From Phoronis australis (taxonomy: Eukaryota > Animalia > Phoronida), in the NCBI GenBank assembly GCA_002633005.1, contig NMRA01000375.1:260241-324240 (forward strand): a stretch of DNA of 64,000 nt. The letters are read 5' to 3'. Numbering within the stretch: the stretch's first letter is position 1; the number at the start of each line of letters is the position of its first letter. The position numbers and the translations under genes are program-made. Shown one piece after another: positions 62,991-64,000 of the stretch. The notes under the pieces were generated by a model that searched no databases, was not told the DNA's origin, and was given only the letters and a program-made list of their open reading frames with translations.

Positions 62991-64000
62991 TTTTTCTGTT
63001 GCTCGAAATTTCAAAAAAACACTGGTTGTATTTTCGCGAAATTTGACACAATGATGTAGGGCACGGATAGAGTGGTTTATGCTAATTAATGGCTGCTAAG
63101 TGCGGTGACCACCCTTTGTGCATGTTTTATTTCTTTGCTACTCATGTTGAATCTTCATTTTTAAAAACTTTTGACTTGATATTAGTTATAAAAGGTGAGG
63201 TGCCTATACCTTTTCAGGTGTGACTGTTGCAGCGACCTCTTGTGGTCGGATTGTTGTCTCCTTCTACCTTACGTGAAACTGATATGCAGCCCTAGACACA
63301 TGCAGTTTGTGGGTTCCTGTAAGCACATATCAACATTTTGCATTTCTCTTGCTGACCACTGCTACCCTGTACCGCCCATCCTCTGGCCATTTCATCAGGA
63401 CCTCATGAAAGAGGTTTTTTGGTGTGACTTTATGGGATTCGATTCTATAATCTACTGGTCCTGTTATAATTATGGCGTTGCATCTTTGCCAGCAATTGCT
63501 GCACATTTGAATAGCATTTGGCCTGCTTGATGTTGGGACTATAGCTTCACTGTTGTTAACATTATTGTTACACAACTACTGGCTTACAAATTGATTAACA
63601 AATGGTGTAAATATGTATTCAAGACTATGTAACTGTAAGTACATTAGTAGTTACAGAAAACATCAGCTGCCATATCATTCCAGGGCCTTTGTTGATATTC
63701 GCAAACTTCCGACGTGCTGGGATTGAACGCTGCAGTACAGTCTGATTTTGATTGTGATGCCTTAGGGAAAAGACAGTTGCTGGCGAAAAGTTGCACAAAT
63801 TATCCACATTGTCTTGTTAACCAAAATGCCTTAGTGACGTCTACACACAGTCTTCCTCTTGAACAAGTTACTCCTGGAATAAGTTGCCACTAGGTTTGGA
63901 GACTGTGTGGACGCTGTTTAAACTAGTGCATGATTTATCCCACTTGTGACAACTAAAGTCCCGTCCACACACAGCCTACCCTAGAGCAACTTGCACTGGC

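Larger units (their letters stand above)
58858..64000. repeat. Duplication 58858-59870 / 62991-64000
   Basis: Near-identical blocks; n at 62341. Confidence 0.9.

Noticed and set aside
63195-63575. 111-aa and 81-aa ORFs
   Set aside because: Disrupted by indels and stops in the duplicate copy at about 59070-59450; no recognisable homology.

Overview
AT-rich genomic DNA from an invertebrate animal (spliceosomal GT-AG introns, many transposon relics), from a draft assembly that still contains haplotype duplications at n/N junctions. Three protein-coding genes can be rebuilt by hand. (1) The 3' part of a RanBP3-like gene (+, 541-9129; FxFG motifs and a Ran-binding domain). (2) A complete 13-coding-exon FGGY carbohydrate kinase gene (-, 27867-11305, about 543 aa). 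(3) A heterotrimeric G-protein gamma subunit (+, 47519-47734, CaaX = CLIL), probably with a short upstream coding exon. The most notable observation is in FGGY: two tandem, diverged, open, same-phase versions of the exon carrying the CGTSxCxM...WGP...GQS core, the architecture expected for mutually exclusive splicing. The rest is TE-rich: a three-level nest (hAT > TA-targeting MITE > LINE), a 3.5 kb TIR element, a family of TA-flanked CCRTA-ended elements, a Helentron-associated (HINE-like) element and a DDD transposase relic. Several duplications next to n/N show filled versus empty TE sites, consistent with heterozygous insertions. There are no prokaryotic features and no CRISPR. All calls come from manual reading; no database searches were run.
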